A stretch of 64,000 nucleotides of DNA from Dehalococcoidia bacterium (GTDB taxonomy: Bacteria > Chloroflexota > Dehalococcoidia > UBA2979), in the NCBI GenBank assembly GCA_964291495.2, contig OZ219871.1, positions 1,408,001-1,472,000 of the forward strand. Reading direction: 5' to 3'. A program made the position numbers and the translations under genes. The notes beneath the pieces are model-generated. The model saw only the letters and a program-made list of their open reading frames with translations, had not been told where the DNA came from and did not search any database. Below are positions 20,492 through 29,403 of this stretch, in pieces. Numbering within the stretch: the first letter of the stretch is position 1; each line of letters opens with the position of its first letter.

Positions 20492-21031
20492 TCAGTACGT
20501 CACCAGCGACGTTACCCCGTGCGGGGCCAGCCGGTCGCGTCCGCCGAGCCCGGCGAGCTCGACGACGAAGGCGAAGCCGGCCACCTCGCCGCCGAGGCCG
20601 GCGACCAGCTGCGCCGCCGCCTCGGCGGTGCCGCCCGTCGCGATCAGGTCGTCGACGATCGCGACGCGGTGGCCGCCCACCGAGGGGTCGCGGTGCACCT
20701 CGAGCGAGGCCGAGCCGTACTCAAGCTCGTAGGCGACGGAGGCGCGGTCGGCGGGCAGCTTGCCCGGCTTGCGCATCGGCACGAACGGCACGCTGAGGCG
20801 CTCCGCGACGGGCACGCCGAAGATGAACCCGCGCGCCTCGATGCCCGCGACGAGCGTCGCGCCGTAGCCGCGCGCCACCTCGGCGAGCGCGTCGTTGGTC
20901 TCGCGCAGGCCGTCGGGGTCGTGGAGCAGCGGGGTGATGTCGCGAAAGAGGATGCCGGGCTCGGGGAAGTCCGGGATCGCGCGAATCAGCGCGCGCAGCC
21001 GTCCGCCGTCCAGCGGGGCCGATGCCGTCAT
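20492..21031 (-). CDS. apt: Adenine phosphoribosyltransferase
   Basis: IPDFPEPGILFRDITPL, EARGF, RKPGKLP, YELEYG, VDDLIATGGT. Confidence 0.96.
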   Translation of the reverse strand: MTASAPLDGGRLRALIRAIPDFPEPGILFRDITPLLHDPDGLRETNDALAEVARGYGATLVAGIEARGFIFGVPVAERLSVPFVPMRKPGKLPADRASVAYELEYGSASLEVHRDPSVGGHRVAIVDDLIATGGTAEAAAQLVAGLGGEVAGFAFVVELAGLGGRDRLAPHGVTSLVTY

Positions 21032-21103
21032 GCGCCCGATGCTGCGTTCCGTCGGCTGCCCGGTCAAGCACGCCCGGCTGCCTGTCCGCCGCTCGCGGCG
21101 TGG

Positions 21104-21112
21104 TGCTAGCAT
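21104..21112 (+). promoter_or_regulatory. Extended -10 promoter, probably leaderless transcript
   Basis: TGcTAGCAT 7 nt before ATG 21120; no SD. Confidence 0.6.
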
Positions 21113-21119
21113 CGCGCGA

Positions 21120-21932
21120 ATGCTGGAGCCGCCCGTCGACCCGTTCGCGCAGATCGCGCCCTTCTACGACCTCGATCTGGAGGGCTTCGACGACGATCTT
21201 GCGCTCTACCTCGCGCTCGCCGGGCGCGCGGCGGCGCGCGACGGTCGCGAGGACGTGCTGGAGCTGGGCTGCGGCACGGGCCGGGTCGCCCTCGCCCTCG
21301 CCGGCGCCGGCTTCGGCGTCGCCGGCGTCGACTACAGCGCGGCGATGATCGAGGCCGCCCGCGCGCGCACCGAGGGCCTGCCCGTCCGCCTCGTCGAGGG
21401 CGACATGCGCTCGCTCGCCCTCGGGGCGAGCTTCGGCCTCGTGCTCGTCCCGCTCGGCGGCCTGCAGCACCTCGAGACGACCGAGGACCTCGCCGCCGCC
21501 TTCGCGACCATCGCCGTACACCTCGCGCCCGACGGGATCGCGGCCGTCGACGTCGAGGCGCCGCACGCAGACGACTGGCTGCCGGGCCCGCGCCCGCTGG
21601 TCGAGCACTGGACGCGCCCGCTGCCCTGCGAGGACGGCGAGGCGCACGTGACGAAGCTCGTCGCCGTCGAGGGCGCGCCGAGCGAGTCGCTGCGCCTCGT
21701 GACGTGGCACTTCGACGTGCAGCCGCCGTCCGGTCCGCTGCGCCGCGTCACGCAGCAGTTCGCGCTGCGCGTCATCACCGCCGGCGAGATCGAGCTGGCC
21801 GCGCGCCTCGCGGGCCTCCGCTTCGACGCCTGGTACGGAGACTACGAGGGCGCCCCGCCGCGCGACGGCGACGAGCGGCTGATCGCCGTACTCTCGCACG
21901 AGGATGACGAGGAGCCGGAGGACGCGCCGTGA
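21120..21932 (+). CDS. Class I SAM-dependent methyltransferase
   Basis: VLELGCGTGR, GVDYSAAM, GDMR. Confidence 0.9.
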   Translation: MLEPPVDPFAQIAPFYDLDLEGFDDDLALYLALAGRAAARDGREDVLELGCGTGRVALALAGAGFGVAGVDYSAAMIEAARARTEGLPVRLVEGDMRSLALGASFGLVLVPLGGLQHLETTEDLAAAFATIAVHLAPDGIAAVDVEAPHADDWLPGPRPLVEHWTRPLPCEDGEAHVTKLVAVEGAPSESLRLVTWHFDVQPPSGPLRRVTQQFALRVITAGEIELAARLAGLRFDAWYGDYEGAPPRDGDERLIAVLSHEDDEEPEDAP

Positions 21933-22930
21933 CCCGCGTTGCGATCGACGGCATGGGTGGCGACCTCGCACCCGCGGCGACGACCGAAGGAGCGATCGCG
22001 GCGGCTCGCGAGGGCATTGAGGTCGCCCTCGTTGGCGACGAGCAGCGCCTGACAGCCGAGATCGAGCGGCTCGGCGGTGCGCCCGCCGGGCTGCGCGTGG
22101 TGCACGCGCCGGACGTGATCGAGATGGGCGACCACGCCGCGCGCGAGGCGATCCGCCGCAAGGAGTCCTCGACCTACGTCGGCGTCGCGCTCGTCCGCGA
22201 CGGCGAGGCGGACGCCTTCGTCTCCGCCGGCAACACCGGCGCCGTCTTCGTCGTTGCCCTGCTGGAGCTTGGGCGGCTGCCGGGCGTCGAGCGGCCGGCG
22301 ATCGGGGCGCCGATTCCCTTCCCGAACGGGCTGACGCTGCTGCTCGACGCGGGGGCGAACGCGGAGTGCCGCGCCTCGCACCTCGTGCAGTTCGCGCACC
22401 TCGGGAACAGCTACATGCGCGCCGCGCGCGGGGTGGCCGAGCCGCGCGTCGGCCTGCTCAACATCGGCGAGGAGGGCAGCAAGGGCTCGCCGCTCACGAT
22501 CGAGACCCATGAGCGGCTGAGCGAGTCCGGCCTGCGCTTCATCGGCAACATCGAGGGCCGCGAGATGGTCGAGAACCGCGCCGACGTGGTCGTGACGGAC
22601 GGCTTCACGGGCAACGTCGTGCTCAAGCTCGGCGAGGGCCTGATGGAGCTGCTGATGGGCGAGTTGCGGAGTGCCGCGGAGCGTTCCTGGCGGGGCCGCC
22701 TCGGCGGGCTGCTGATTCGCCCGGCGGCGCGCAGGGTGCGCGACTCGCTGGACTACCGCGCGCACGGCGCCGCGCCGTTGCTCGGCCTCGACGGCTCCGT
22801 CTTCATCGCGCACGGCACGAGCGACGCCTTCGCGATCGCGAACGCGCTGCGCAGCGCGGCCGCGGACGTCGAGCGCGGCGCGCTCTCCGCGCTGCGCGAA
22901 GCGATGGAGGCGCAGTCCGGCGGGGAGTGA
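21929..22930 (+). CDS. plsX: Phosphate acyltransferase
   Basis: IDGMGGD, SAGNTGA, LDAGAN, NIGEEGSKG, DGFTGNV. Confidence 0.96.
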   Translation: MTRVAIDGMGGDLAPAATTEGAIAAAREGIEVALVGDEQRLTAEIERLGGAPAGLRVVHAPDVIEMGDHAAREAIRRKESSTYVGVALVRDGEADAFVSAGNTGAVFVVALLELGRLPGVERPAIGAPIPFPNGLTLLLDAGANAECRASHLVQFAHLGNSYMRAARGVAEPRVGLLNIGEEGSKGSPLTIETHERLSESGLRFIGNIEGREMVENRADVVVTDGFTGNVVLKLGEGLMELLMGELRSAAERSWRGRLGGLLIRPAARRVRDSLDYRAHGAAPLLGLDGSVFIAHGTSDAFAIANALRSAAADVERGALSALREAMEAQSGGE

Positions 22931-23078
22931 GGAGCGCGGTCGGCCGCAGGCCTCGGCGCTCCGCTATGATGCCGCCCGACGGCGGTCGGCGAACGCGCGG
23001 GCAGGCAAGCGCCGGCGCTGCGTGAGATACTGGATCCAGGCCCGGCGGGTGCGGGCGATCGAAGGGGGAATGCACGTC

Positions 23079-23405
23079 ATGGCGATGCCTACCGACACGA
23101 CGGACGCGACGTTCAACTCGGACGTGATCGAGAACGACGACCCGGTGCTGGTCGACTTCTGGGCGCCCTGGTGCGGCCCCTGCCGCATGGTCGCCCCGAT
23201 CGTCGAGGAACTCGCCGAGGAGTACGACGGTCGCGTCAAGTTCGTGAAGCTCAACACCGACGAGAACCCGATGACCGCCGGCCAGTACGGGATCCGCTCG
23301 ATCCCCACGCTGCTCGTCTTCAAGGGCGGCGAGCCGGTCGGCCAGATCATCGGCTTCCGCCCCAAGGGCGACCTCGCGAAGCAGCTCGACGCCGCCCTCG
23401 CGTAG
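23079..23405 (+). CDS. trxA: Thioredoxin
   Basis: DFWAPWCGPC, IRSIPT; SD-like gaagggggaa before ATG 23079. Confidence 0.97.
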   Translation: MAMPTDTTDATFNSDVIENDDPVLVDFWAPWCGPCRMVAPIVEELAEEYDGRVKFVKLNTDENPMTAGQYGIRSIPTLLVFKGGEPVGQIIGFRPKGDLAKQLDAALA

Positions 23406-23425
23406 CCCTCGCGGCAGACACTGAA

Positions 23426-23458
23426 ACGGGCGCCCCGCCGGCCGGCGAGGGCGCCCGT
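23426..23458. terminator. Hairpin between convergent genes (probable bidirectional terminator)
   Basis: acgggcgccc...gggcgcccgt 10-bp stem with inner cgccg/cggcg. Confidence 0.6.
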
Positions 23459-23495
23459 CGTGTGTCGGCCGCGCGCGGCAGGCGCGGAGCCGCGC

Positions 23496-24059
23496 TCAGA
23501 AGTACTTCTCGGCGCCGCCGTAGCCCAGCTGCCGCCCTTGCTCCGTAGCCCTGATGAAGCTCCGCACGCGGCTCTCGAACACCTCCGGGCGCGCCCTGCC
23601 GACATCGATGTACGCCACGCGGATGCGGCGATACGCATCCGAGAAGCCCTGGTAGTGCGCCCACGCCCGATCGTTCGCCCGGATCGCGTCGAGGATGTCG
23701 TCGGGGAACACGAACTCCTCGCGCAGCACCTCCTCGACTGAGGCGCGAACCGAGGGGTGCAGGAGCCCTTCGCCGGCAAGCCAGCGCAGCCGCTCCTTGT
23801 TCAGCTGCGAGTAGCGGCTGCCCCGCTTCCTCGGCGAGAACCGCTGCGCGGCCCGCAACTCGTCCGGCTTCTTGATGATGCTGTCGATCCAGCCGAAGCA
23901 GAGCGCCTCCTCCACAGCGTCGTTGTAGAGGATGCGCGGCTCGCCCGACGCCTTGTTCGGATACACGAGCCAGATCTCGCTCGCGCTGTCGAAGTTGGCC
24001 TCGAGCCACTCGCGCCACGCCCGGCGCTCGGTGACGTAGAGGGTCTCGCCGATCTCCAC
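23496..24059 (-). CDS. YdeI/OmpD-associated family protein
   Basis: WREWL, AVEEALCFGWIDS, RFSPRK...S.LNK. Confidence 0.88.
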   Translation of the reverse strand: MEIGETLYVTERRAWREWLEANFDSASEIWLVYPNKASGEPRILYNDAVEEALCFGWIDSIIKKPDELRAAQRFSPRKRGSRYSQLNKERLRWLAGEGLLHPSVRASVEEVLREEFVFPDDILDAIRANDRAWAHYQGFSDAYRRIRVAYIDVGRARPEVFESRVRSFIRATEQGRQLGYGGAEKYF

Positions 24060-24093
24060 CGCGCTTGCCTCGGCGGCCGCGCGCCGACTCCCG

Positions 24094-24537
24094 CTACTTC
24101 TTCTCGATCTTGCGGCCCTGTTTCTCCTCGAGGCGCGCGAGGGCGCGGCCCTTGTCCGGGTGCGGGTCCTTCACGAGGCCGTAGATCTCGCGGCCTTCGT
24201 GGTCTTCTGGCAGGTGTTCGGTGATAGGAAGACCTTCCTCATCGCAGAACAGCAGTCAGTGGCAGTATTTGTACTTCTGCATCTCCTCGCAGGCGCAGAT
24301 CCAGGTGCTCCGCTTTACCTCTTCCTCTTTGTCCTCGTAGAAGTTGCAGGGGCAGAGCGGCCGCCCGAGGTCGTCCACGTGCTTGGCGAGGCCGATCACG
24401 AGGAACTCGGTGATCTCGCGCTGCGGGTGGAGGTATGAGCCGCTTTTCTCGGCGAATTTCTCGACGAACTTCCACATCTTCTGGAGCGATTCGTCGGAGG
24501 CCTGCATGCGGTCCGCATCGGTCGGTTGGTCGACCAT
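24094..24537 (-). CDS. Ferredoxin:thioredoxin reductase catalytic subunit, probable selenoprotein (UGA=Sec at 24256-24258)
   Basis: GLA...GRPLCPC...WICAC..MQKYKYCH-TGA-LLF; the frame stays open 53 codons after TGA to TAG at 24094-24096; SD ggagag before ATG 24537. Confidence 0.85.
24215..24255 (-). promoter_or_regulatory. Bacterial SECIS-like stem-loop
   Basis: After UGA: UGUUC/GAACA, GAU/AUC and AGGAA/UUCCU stems, GGUC apical loop starting 21 nt after UGA. Confidence 0.75.
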
Positions 24538-24631
24538 GGCGTCTCTCCGTCCATGCCGTTCGCGCTCTCGATCGAGCGTACCACGGACGCCACCCGCACC
24601 ACCGGGCGAATCGACGAGGATTGCGCGTTCA

Positions 24632-24660
24632 TTGACAGTTGCGCGGCCCGCCGTGACCAT
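24632..24660 (+). promoter_or_regulatory. Sigma70-type promoter
   Basis: TTGACA-N17-GACCAT, 7 nt before GTG 24668. Confidence 0.65.
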
Positions 24661-24667
24661 CCGGCGC

Positions 24668-25678
24668 GTGAGCGACACCCCCTTCCTCGCCGTCCAGACA
24701 GAGACGTCCGACCAGGACCGCCACGCGACCGAACGCGCGATCATCGAAGGCGCGGGCGGGCGGCTGCTCGTCGCGCAGGCCGGAAGCGAGGACGAGCGCA
24801 TCGAGTTGCTGCGCGAGGCTCAGGCGGTGCTCGTCGGCGGCGCGCAGATCACCCGGCGGGTGATCGAGGGGTCGCCGGAGCTGCGGCTGATCGTCCGTTA
24901 CGGCGTCGGCCTCGACACGCTCGACATTCCCGCCGCGACCGAGCACGGCGTCGTCGTCGCGCACTATCCGGACTTCTGCCAGCCGGAGGTCGCGAACCAC
25001 GCGATCATGCTGCTGCTTGCCGTCGCCAAGAAGCTGGTCGTGCACGACCGCGCGATCCGCGCCGGCCGCTGGGGCAGCGTCGACCGCAGCCCGGCCCCCT
25101 CGATCCACGGCCAGACGCTTGGCCTGATCTCCTTCGGCGCGATCGCCCGCGAGGTCGCCGTGCGTGCGCAGGCCCTCGGCATGACGGTGACCGCCTACGA
25201 CCCGTACGAGCAGGACGCGACGTTCGAAGCCTGCGGCGTCGAGCGCGCCGGGAGCCTCGAGGAGCTGCTGCGCGGCGCCGATCACGTCTCGGCGCACCCG
25301 CCGTTGACGCCGGAGACGCGCGGGATGATGGGCGCGGAGCAGTTCGCGCAGATGAAGCCGGACGCGATCTTCCTCAACACCTCGCGCGGGCCGGTGCACG
25401 ACGAGGCGGCGCTGGTCGCCGCCCTCGAGGGCGGGGAGATCGCCGGCGCGGGCCTCGATGTCTTCGAGACGGAGCCGCTGGCGGGCGACTCGCCGCTGCT
25501 GGCGATGGACAACGTGGTACTGACGCCGCACTCCGCCTCGTACTCGGACCTCGCGTTCCAGCGAATCAGGGAGCGCGTCGGCAACACGGTGGTCTCGGTG
25601 ATGAACGGTCGCTGGCCCTCGGAGTTCGCGACGCTGCCGAACCGCCACGCGGTCACGCCGCGCGTGCCGCTGCACTAG
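24668..25678 (+). CDS. D-isomer-specific 2-hydroxyacid dehydrogenase (CtBP/SerA-like)
   Basis: RYGVGLD, FGAIAR, NTSRG, AGLDVFETEP, LTPHSA. Confidence 0.9.
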   Translation: MSDTPFLAVQTETSDQDRHATERAIIEGAGGRLLVAQAGSEDERIELLREAQAVLVGGAQITRRVIEGSPELRLIVRYGVGLDTLDIPAATEHGVVVAHYPDFCQPEVANHAIMLLLAVAKKLVVHDRAIRAGRWGSVDRSPAPSIHGQTLGLISFGAIAREVAVRAQALGMTVTAYDPYEQDATFEACGVERAGSLEELLRGADHVSAHPPLTPETRGMMGAEQFAQMKPDAIFLNTSRGPVHDEAALVAALEGGEIAGAGLDVFETEPLAGDSPLLAMDNVVLTPHSASYSDLAFQRIRERVGNTVVSVMNGRWPSEFATLPNRHAVTPRVPLH

Positions 25679-25813
25679 ACCGGGGCGGGCGCGGAGGCGA
25701 ACGAGCCGGCCGGGGCGTCACGGACAGGGTTCGCAGTCTCTCGCAATGTGGGACCATACGGCCCGTTCAGCGCATAGGCTCGGGGCCGATGCCGCCGGGA
25801 GGAGGATCGAGGG

Positions 25814-26602
25814 ATGCGACCGAACAGGGTGCTGCGCGCATGGCGTGAGGGACGGCAGACCATCGGCGGCTGGCTCAGCACGCCCTCGGGACACTCCGCC
25901 GAGGTGATGGCCAACCTCGGCTTCGACTGGCTCTGCATCGACATGCAGCACGGGGCGATCGACTACGGCGACGTGCTGGAGATGTGCCGCGCGATCTCGA
26001 CCACGGAGACGACGCCGTTCGTGCGCGTCCCCTGGAACGACCCGGCGATGATCATGAAGGTGCTCGACGCGGGCGCCTACGGCGTGATCGTGCCGCTCGT
26101 GAACAACCGCGAGGAGGCCGAACTCGCCGTCTGGTCCTGTCGCTACCCGCCGGACGGCGGGCGCTCCTCCGGCCCTACGCGCGCCGCGATGTACGGCGGC
26201 GCCGGCTACCAGGACGAGGCCAACGACGAGATCGCCGTGATCTGCATGATCGAGACTACCGAGGCGCTCGAGAACCTCGACGACATCCTCTCCACGCCGG
26301 GCGTGGACTGCGCCTACATCGGCCCCTCCGACCTCGCCTACGCGATCGGCATCACGCCGACCGGCGACAACGCCGATCCGAAGCACCAGGAGACGGTGCT
26401 GAGCATCCTCGAGGCGTGCAGGCGGCACGGCGTGGCGGCGGGCATCCACACCGGCAGCCTAGAGTACACGGTGAAGTGGCTGCAGGCGGGCTTCGACACG
26501 GCGATGCTCAACAACGACGTCGGCTTCATCCGCCAGGCGGCGGGCTCGCAGCTCGCAGAGGCGCGCTCGACCACAGGCGTGGCCAACGTCCACGAGGCGT
26601 AG
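25814..26602 (+). CDS. HpcH/HpaI class II aldolase
   Basis: GFDWLCIDMQHG, LDAGAYG, MIET, IGPSDL. Confidence 0.92.
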   Translation: MRPNRVLRAWREGRQTIGGWLSTPSGHSAEVMANLGFDWLCIDMQHGAIDYGDVLEMCRAISTTETTPFVRVPWNDPAMIMKVLDAGAYGVIVPLVNNREEAELAVWSCRYPPDGGRSSGPTRAAMYGGAGYQDEANDEIAVICMIETTEALENLDDILSTPGVDCAYIGPSDLAYAIGITPTGDNADPKHQETVLSILEACRRHGVAAGIHTGSLEYTVKWLQAGFDTAMLNNDVGFIRQAAGSQLAEARSTTGVANVHEA

Positions 26603-26605
26603 CCG

Positions 26606-27730
26606 TTGCCGACCGTTCCGCCCGATGATCTGAGGGGCTACCTCGGGCGCATCTTCGAGGCGGTCGGCGCTCCCCCGGACGACGCCGCGGAGGTCGCCGC
26701 GCACCTGGTGGAGGCGAACCTCAAGGGCCACGACTCGCACGGCGTGATCCGCGCTGCGGGGTACGTCCAGTCCGTACAGGAGGGCCGCATCCGTCCGGCC
26801 GCTCCGATCGAGGTCGAGCGCGAGACGGAGACGACGGCCGTCGTCAACGGCAATTGGAACTTCGGGCAGATCGTCGCCCGTGACGCGATGGCGATCGCGG
26901 TCGCCAGGGCGCGGCAGCACGGCCTCGCCGCGGTGGGCGGCTACCAGTCGGCGCACATCGGGCGGGCGGGCGCTTACGGCGAGCAGGCCGCGGCGCAGGG
27001 GATGGTCGCGCTCGGCTGGGTCAACGGCCACGGCGCCAGCGCCCTCGTCGCGCCCTTCGGCGGGACGGAGCGAAGGCTCGCGACCAACCCGCTCTTCGTC
27101 GCCGCGCCGACCGGCGACCCCGACGCGCCGTTCGTGCTCGACATGGCGACGCCGGTGATCGCCGAGGGCAAGGTGCGGGTAGCGCACAACCGCGGCGCCG
27201 AGCTGCCGCCCGGCCGCATCGTCGCTGGCGACGGCCGGCCCTCGATGGACCCGGACGACCTCTACGGCGGGGACCCGCCGGGATCGAGGCCGGGGGGCGC
27301 GTTGCTGCCCCTTGGCGTCGCGCCCGACTACGGCGCGGGCGGCGACGGCGGGGTGGGCCACAAGGGCTACGCGCTCGCGCTTGCCGTCGATCTGCTCGGC
27401 GGCGCGCTCACCGGGGCGGGCGCGAGCAGCCGCCCCGGAAGCAGCGGCAACGGCTTCCTCTTCATCACCGTCGACCCCGAGCGCTTCGTTGGCCTCGGTC
27501 CGTTCGAGGGCGAGCTCGCCGGCCTGCTCGACTACGTGAAGCAGCCTCCGTACGCCGAGGGCTTCGACGAGATCCTGACGCCCGGCGAGCCGGAGCGCCG
27601 CCGCATGGCAGAGCGCCGCGACGGCATCCCCCTCGACGACGCGACCTGGCGCCAGATCGCCGACGCGGCCGCCTCGGTCGGCGTCGGCCCGTACGAGGGC
27701 GCGATCTTCGAGGGCCTAGCCGTCGAGTGA
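26606..27730 (+). CDS. Ldh_2 family (malate/lactate/ureidoglycolate) dehydrogenase
   Basis: GHDSHG, HIGR, TNP, LDMAT, GHKGYAL, PGEPE; TTG start. Confidence 0.9.
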   Translation: MPTVPPDDLRGYLGRIFEAVGAPPDDAAEVAAHLVEANLKGHDSHGVIRAAGYVQSVQEGRIRPAAPIEVERETETTAVVNGNWNFGQIVARDAMAIAVARARQHGLAAVGGYQSAHIGRAGAYGEQAAAQGMVALGWVNGHGASALVAPFGGTERRLATNPLFVAAPTGDPDAPFVLDMATPVIAEGKVRVAHNRGAELPPGRIVAGDGRPSMDPDDLYGGDPPGSRPGGALLPLGVAPDYGAGGDGGVGHKGYALALAVDLLGGALTGAGASSRPGSSGNGFLFITVDPERFVGLGPFEGELAGLLDYVKQPPYAEGFDEILTPGEPERRRMAERRDGIPLDDATWRQIADAAASVGVGPYEGAIFEGLAVE

Positions 27731-28099
27731 GAGCGGGTTCTCGCCGATCAGGTGGTCCGGCACCGGGCGGCCCTGCCCCAACTCCTCGGCGATGACGCGA
27801 TCGAGGGCGTCCGGGACCAGGCCCGCGTACCAACGGCCCTCCGGGTAGACGACCGCCACCGGCCCGCTCTCGCAGATGCGCAGGCAGCCCACTTTCGTGC
27901 GGTAGATCGGCGGCTCGTCGCCGCGCGCGTTCAGCTCGCCGACGGCGCGCTTGAGGCGCGTCCAGGCGGCCAGGCCCTCCTCGGGCGTGCAGCAGTCCGG
28001 GCCGGTGCAGATGAAGACGTGGCGGCCGTAGCCGCCGACGCCGCGACGCTCCGCCTCGGCGCGCGCGCCCGACAGACCCTCGCTCGTCTCGTCCGTCAT
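27716..28099 (-). CDS. Thioredoxin-like (2Fe-2S) ferredoxin
   Basis: HVFICTGPDCC, GCLRICESGP, VYPEGRWY. Confidence 0.88.
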   Translation of the reverse strand: MTDETSEGLSGARAEAERRGVGGYGRHVFICTGPDCCTPEEGLAAWTRLKRAVGELNARGDEPPIYRTKVGCLRICESGPVAVVYPEGRWYAGLVPDALDRVIAEELGQGRPVPDHLIGENPLSLDG

Positions 28100-28116
28100 G
28101 CGTCCTCCGCTGGAGG

Positions 28117-29097
28117 CTACCCGAGCACCTCGGGGTTGACGATCGCGGGCGGTGTCTCGCCGCTGACGACGGCGATCAGGTTCCGCACCGCCAGCTCGCG
28201 CATCGCGCGCCGCGTCTCGACGGCGGCGGTCCCGATGTGCGGGAAGGTGATCACGTTGGGCAGCCGCACGATCGGGTCGTCCGGGTCCGGCGGCTCCGCC
28301 TCGAGCACGTCGAGGCCCGCCCCGGCGATCGTGCCCGCCTCGAGGGCAGCGACCAGCGCTGGCTGGTCGATGACCGGGCCGCGCGCGGTGTTCACGATGT
28401 AGGCGCTGGGCTTCATCAGCGCCAGCTCGCGCGCGCCGATCAGGTGGTACGACTCCGCCGTCAGGTTCGTGTGGATCGTCACGAAGTCGGACTCACGCAG
28501 CAGGTCGTCGAGCGGGCGGTAGGGCGCGTCCACCACGTCGTCGATCGCGGCGGTCGAGGCGCCCTCGAAGATGTCGTACCAGATGATGCGCATGCCGATC
28601 GCCTGCATGCGTCGCGCGACCTCGCGGCCGATGCGCCCGAAGCCGATCACGCCGAGCACCTTGCCGCTGATCTCGTGGGCGAGCGGTGGGAGCGGCTCGC
28701 GGCGCGCCCAGGCGCCGCTTCGCGAGAACGCCTCGAACTCCCAGAGCCGCCGCGCGAGCGAGATGATGATCGCCATCGTCAGGTCGGCGACCGCCGCATT
28801 GAGCACGGTCGGCGTGTTGCAGACCGCGACGCCGTGCCTCGTCGCGGCCTCGATGTCGATGTTGTTGTAGCCGACGGCGTGCTGCGAGACGACGCGCAGG
28901 CCGGGCACGGCGGCGAAGAACTGCTCGCCGAGGTTGAAGTGTGTCGGGCTGAGCACGCCGTCCACGCCGCGCACCGCCGCGATCAGCTCATCGAGCGGCA
29001 CCCCTGGATCGACGTGTACGACCTCGCCGACCTCGGCGATCTGCGCGGTGAGGTCGTCTTCGAGGGCGGTCGCGATGCAGATCGTAGGGCGGCTCAC
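28117..29097 (-). CDS. Glyoxylate/hydroxypyruvate reductase-like D-2-hydroxyacid dehydrogenase
   Basis: AVGYNNID, GFGRIG, NTARG, AGLDV, PHIGTA. Confidence 0.9.
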   Translation of the reverse strand: MSRPTICIATALEDDLTAQIAEVGEVVHVDPGVPLDELIAAVRGVDGVLSPTHFNLGEQFFAAVPGLRVVSQHAVGYNNIDIEAATRHGVAVCNTPTVLNAAVADLTMAIIISLARRLWEFEAFSRSGAWARREPLPPLAHEISGKVLGVIGFGRIGREVARRMQAIGMRIIWYDIFEGASTAAIDDVVDAPYRPLDDLLRESDFVTIHTNLTAESYHLIGARELALMKPSAYIVNTARGPVIDQPALVAALEAGTIAGAGLDVLEAEPPDPDDPIVRLPNVITFPHIGTAAVETRRAMRELAVRNLIAVVSGETPPAIVNPEVLG

Positions 29098-29101
29098 GGC
29101 G

Positions 29102-29329
29102 CTAGAACCCCTCGTCGAGCGGGCCGCCGGGGTCGAGCACGGCGCCGTCGAGGGCGATCAGGCTGGGGCGCTCGTTGCAGTAGATCTCGCTCTCGCACTT
29201 GTCGAAGCTGAACGCGGCGCGCTCCTTGTCGTAGCGGATCACCCACGTGCCGAGGACGTGACCGTCACGGCCCAGCTCGCTCTGCCCTCGGAGCACCTCG
29301 ATCAGCGCTTCGAGCTCCTTCGCCCCCAT
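29102..29329 (-). CDS. Small hypothetical protein (75 aa)
   Basis: MGAKELEALIEVL...KCESEIYC...; SD ggaggt; coupled to the downstream gene. Confidence 0.65.
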   Translation of the reverse strand: MGAKELEALIEVLRGQSELGRDGHVLGTWVIRYDKERAAFSFDKCESEIYCNERPSLIALDGAVLDPGGPLDEGF

Positions 29330-29403
29330 CTCGCACCTCCGCCGCCACGCTGCCCGCTTCCGCTCGGCGGGCACGCGCCTACAATATGCCGGGCGGGGAG
29401 CGC

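Noticed and set aside
24256-24801. ORF-track version of the FTR gene (181 aa ending at TGA)
   Set aside because: The 5' part overlaps the divergent promoter and gene; the 3' end cuts the CHC motif; the Sec readthrough model fits better.
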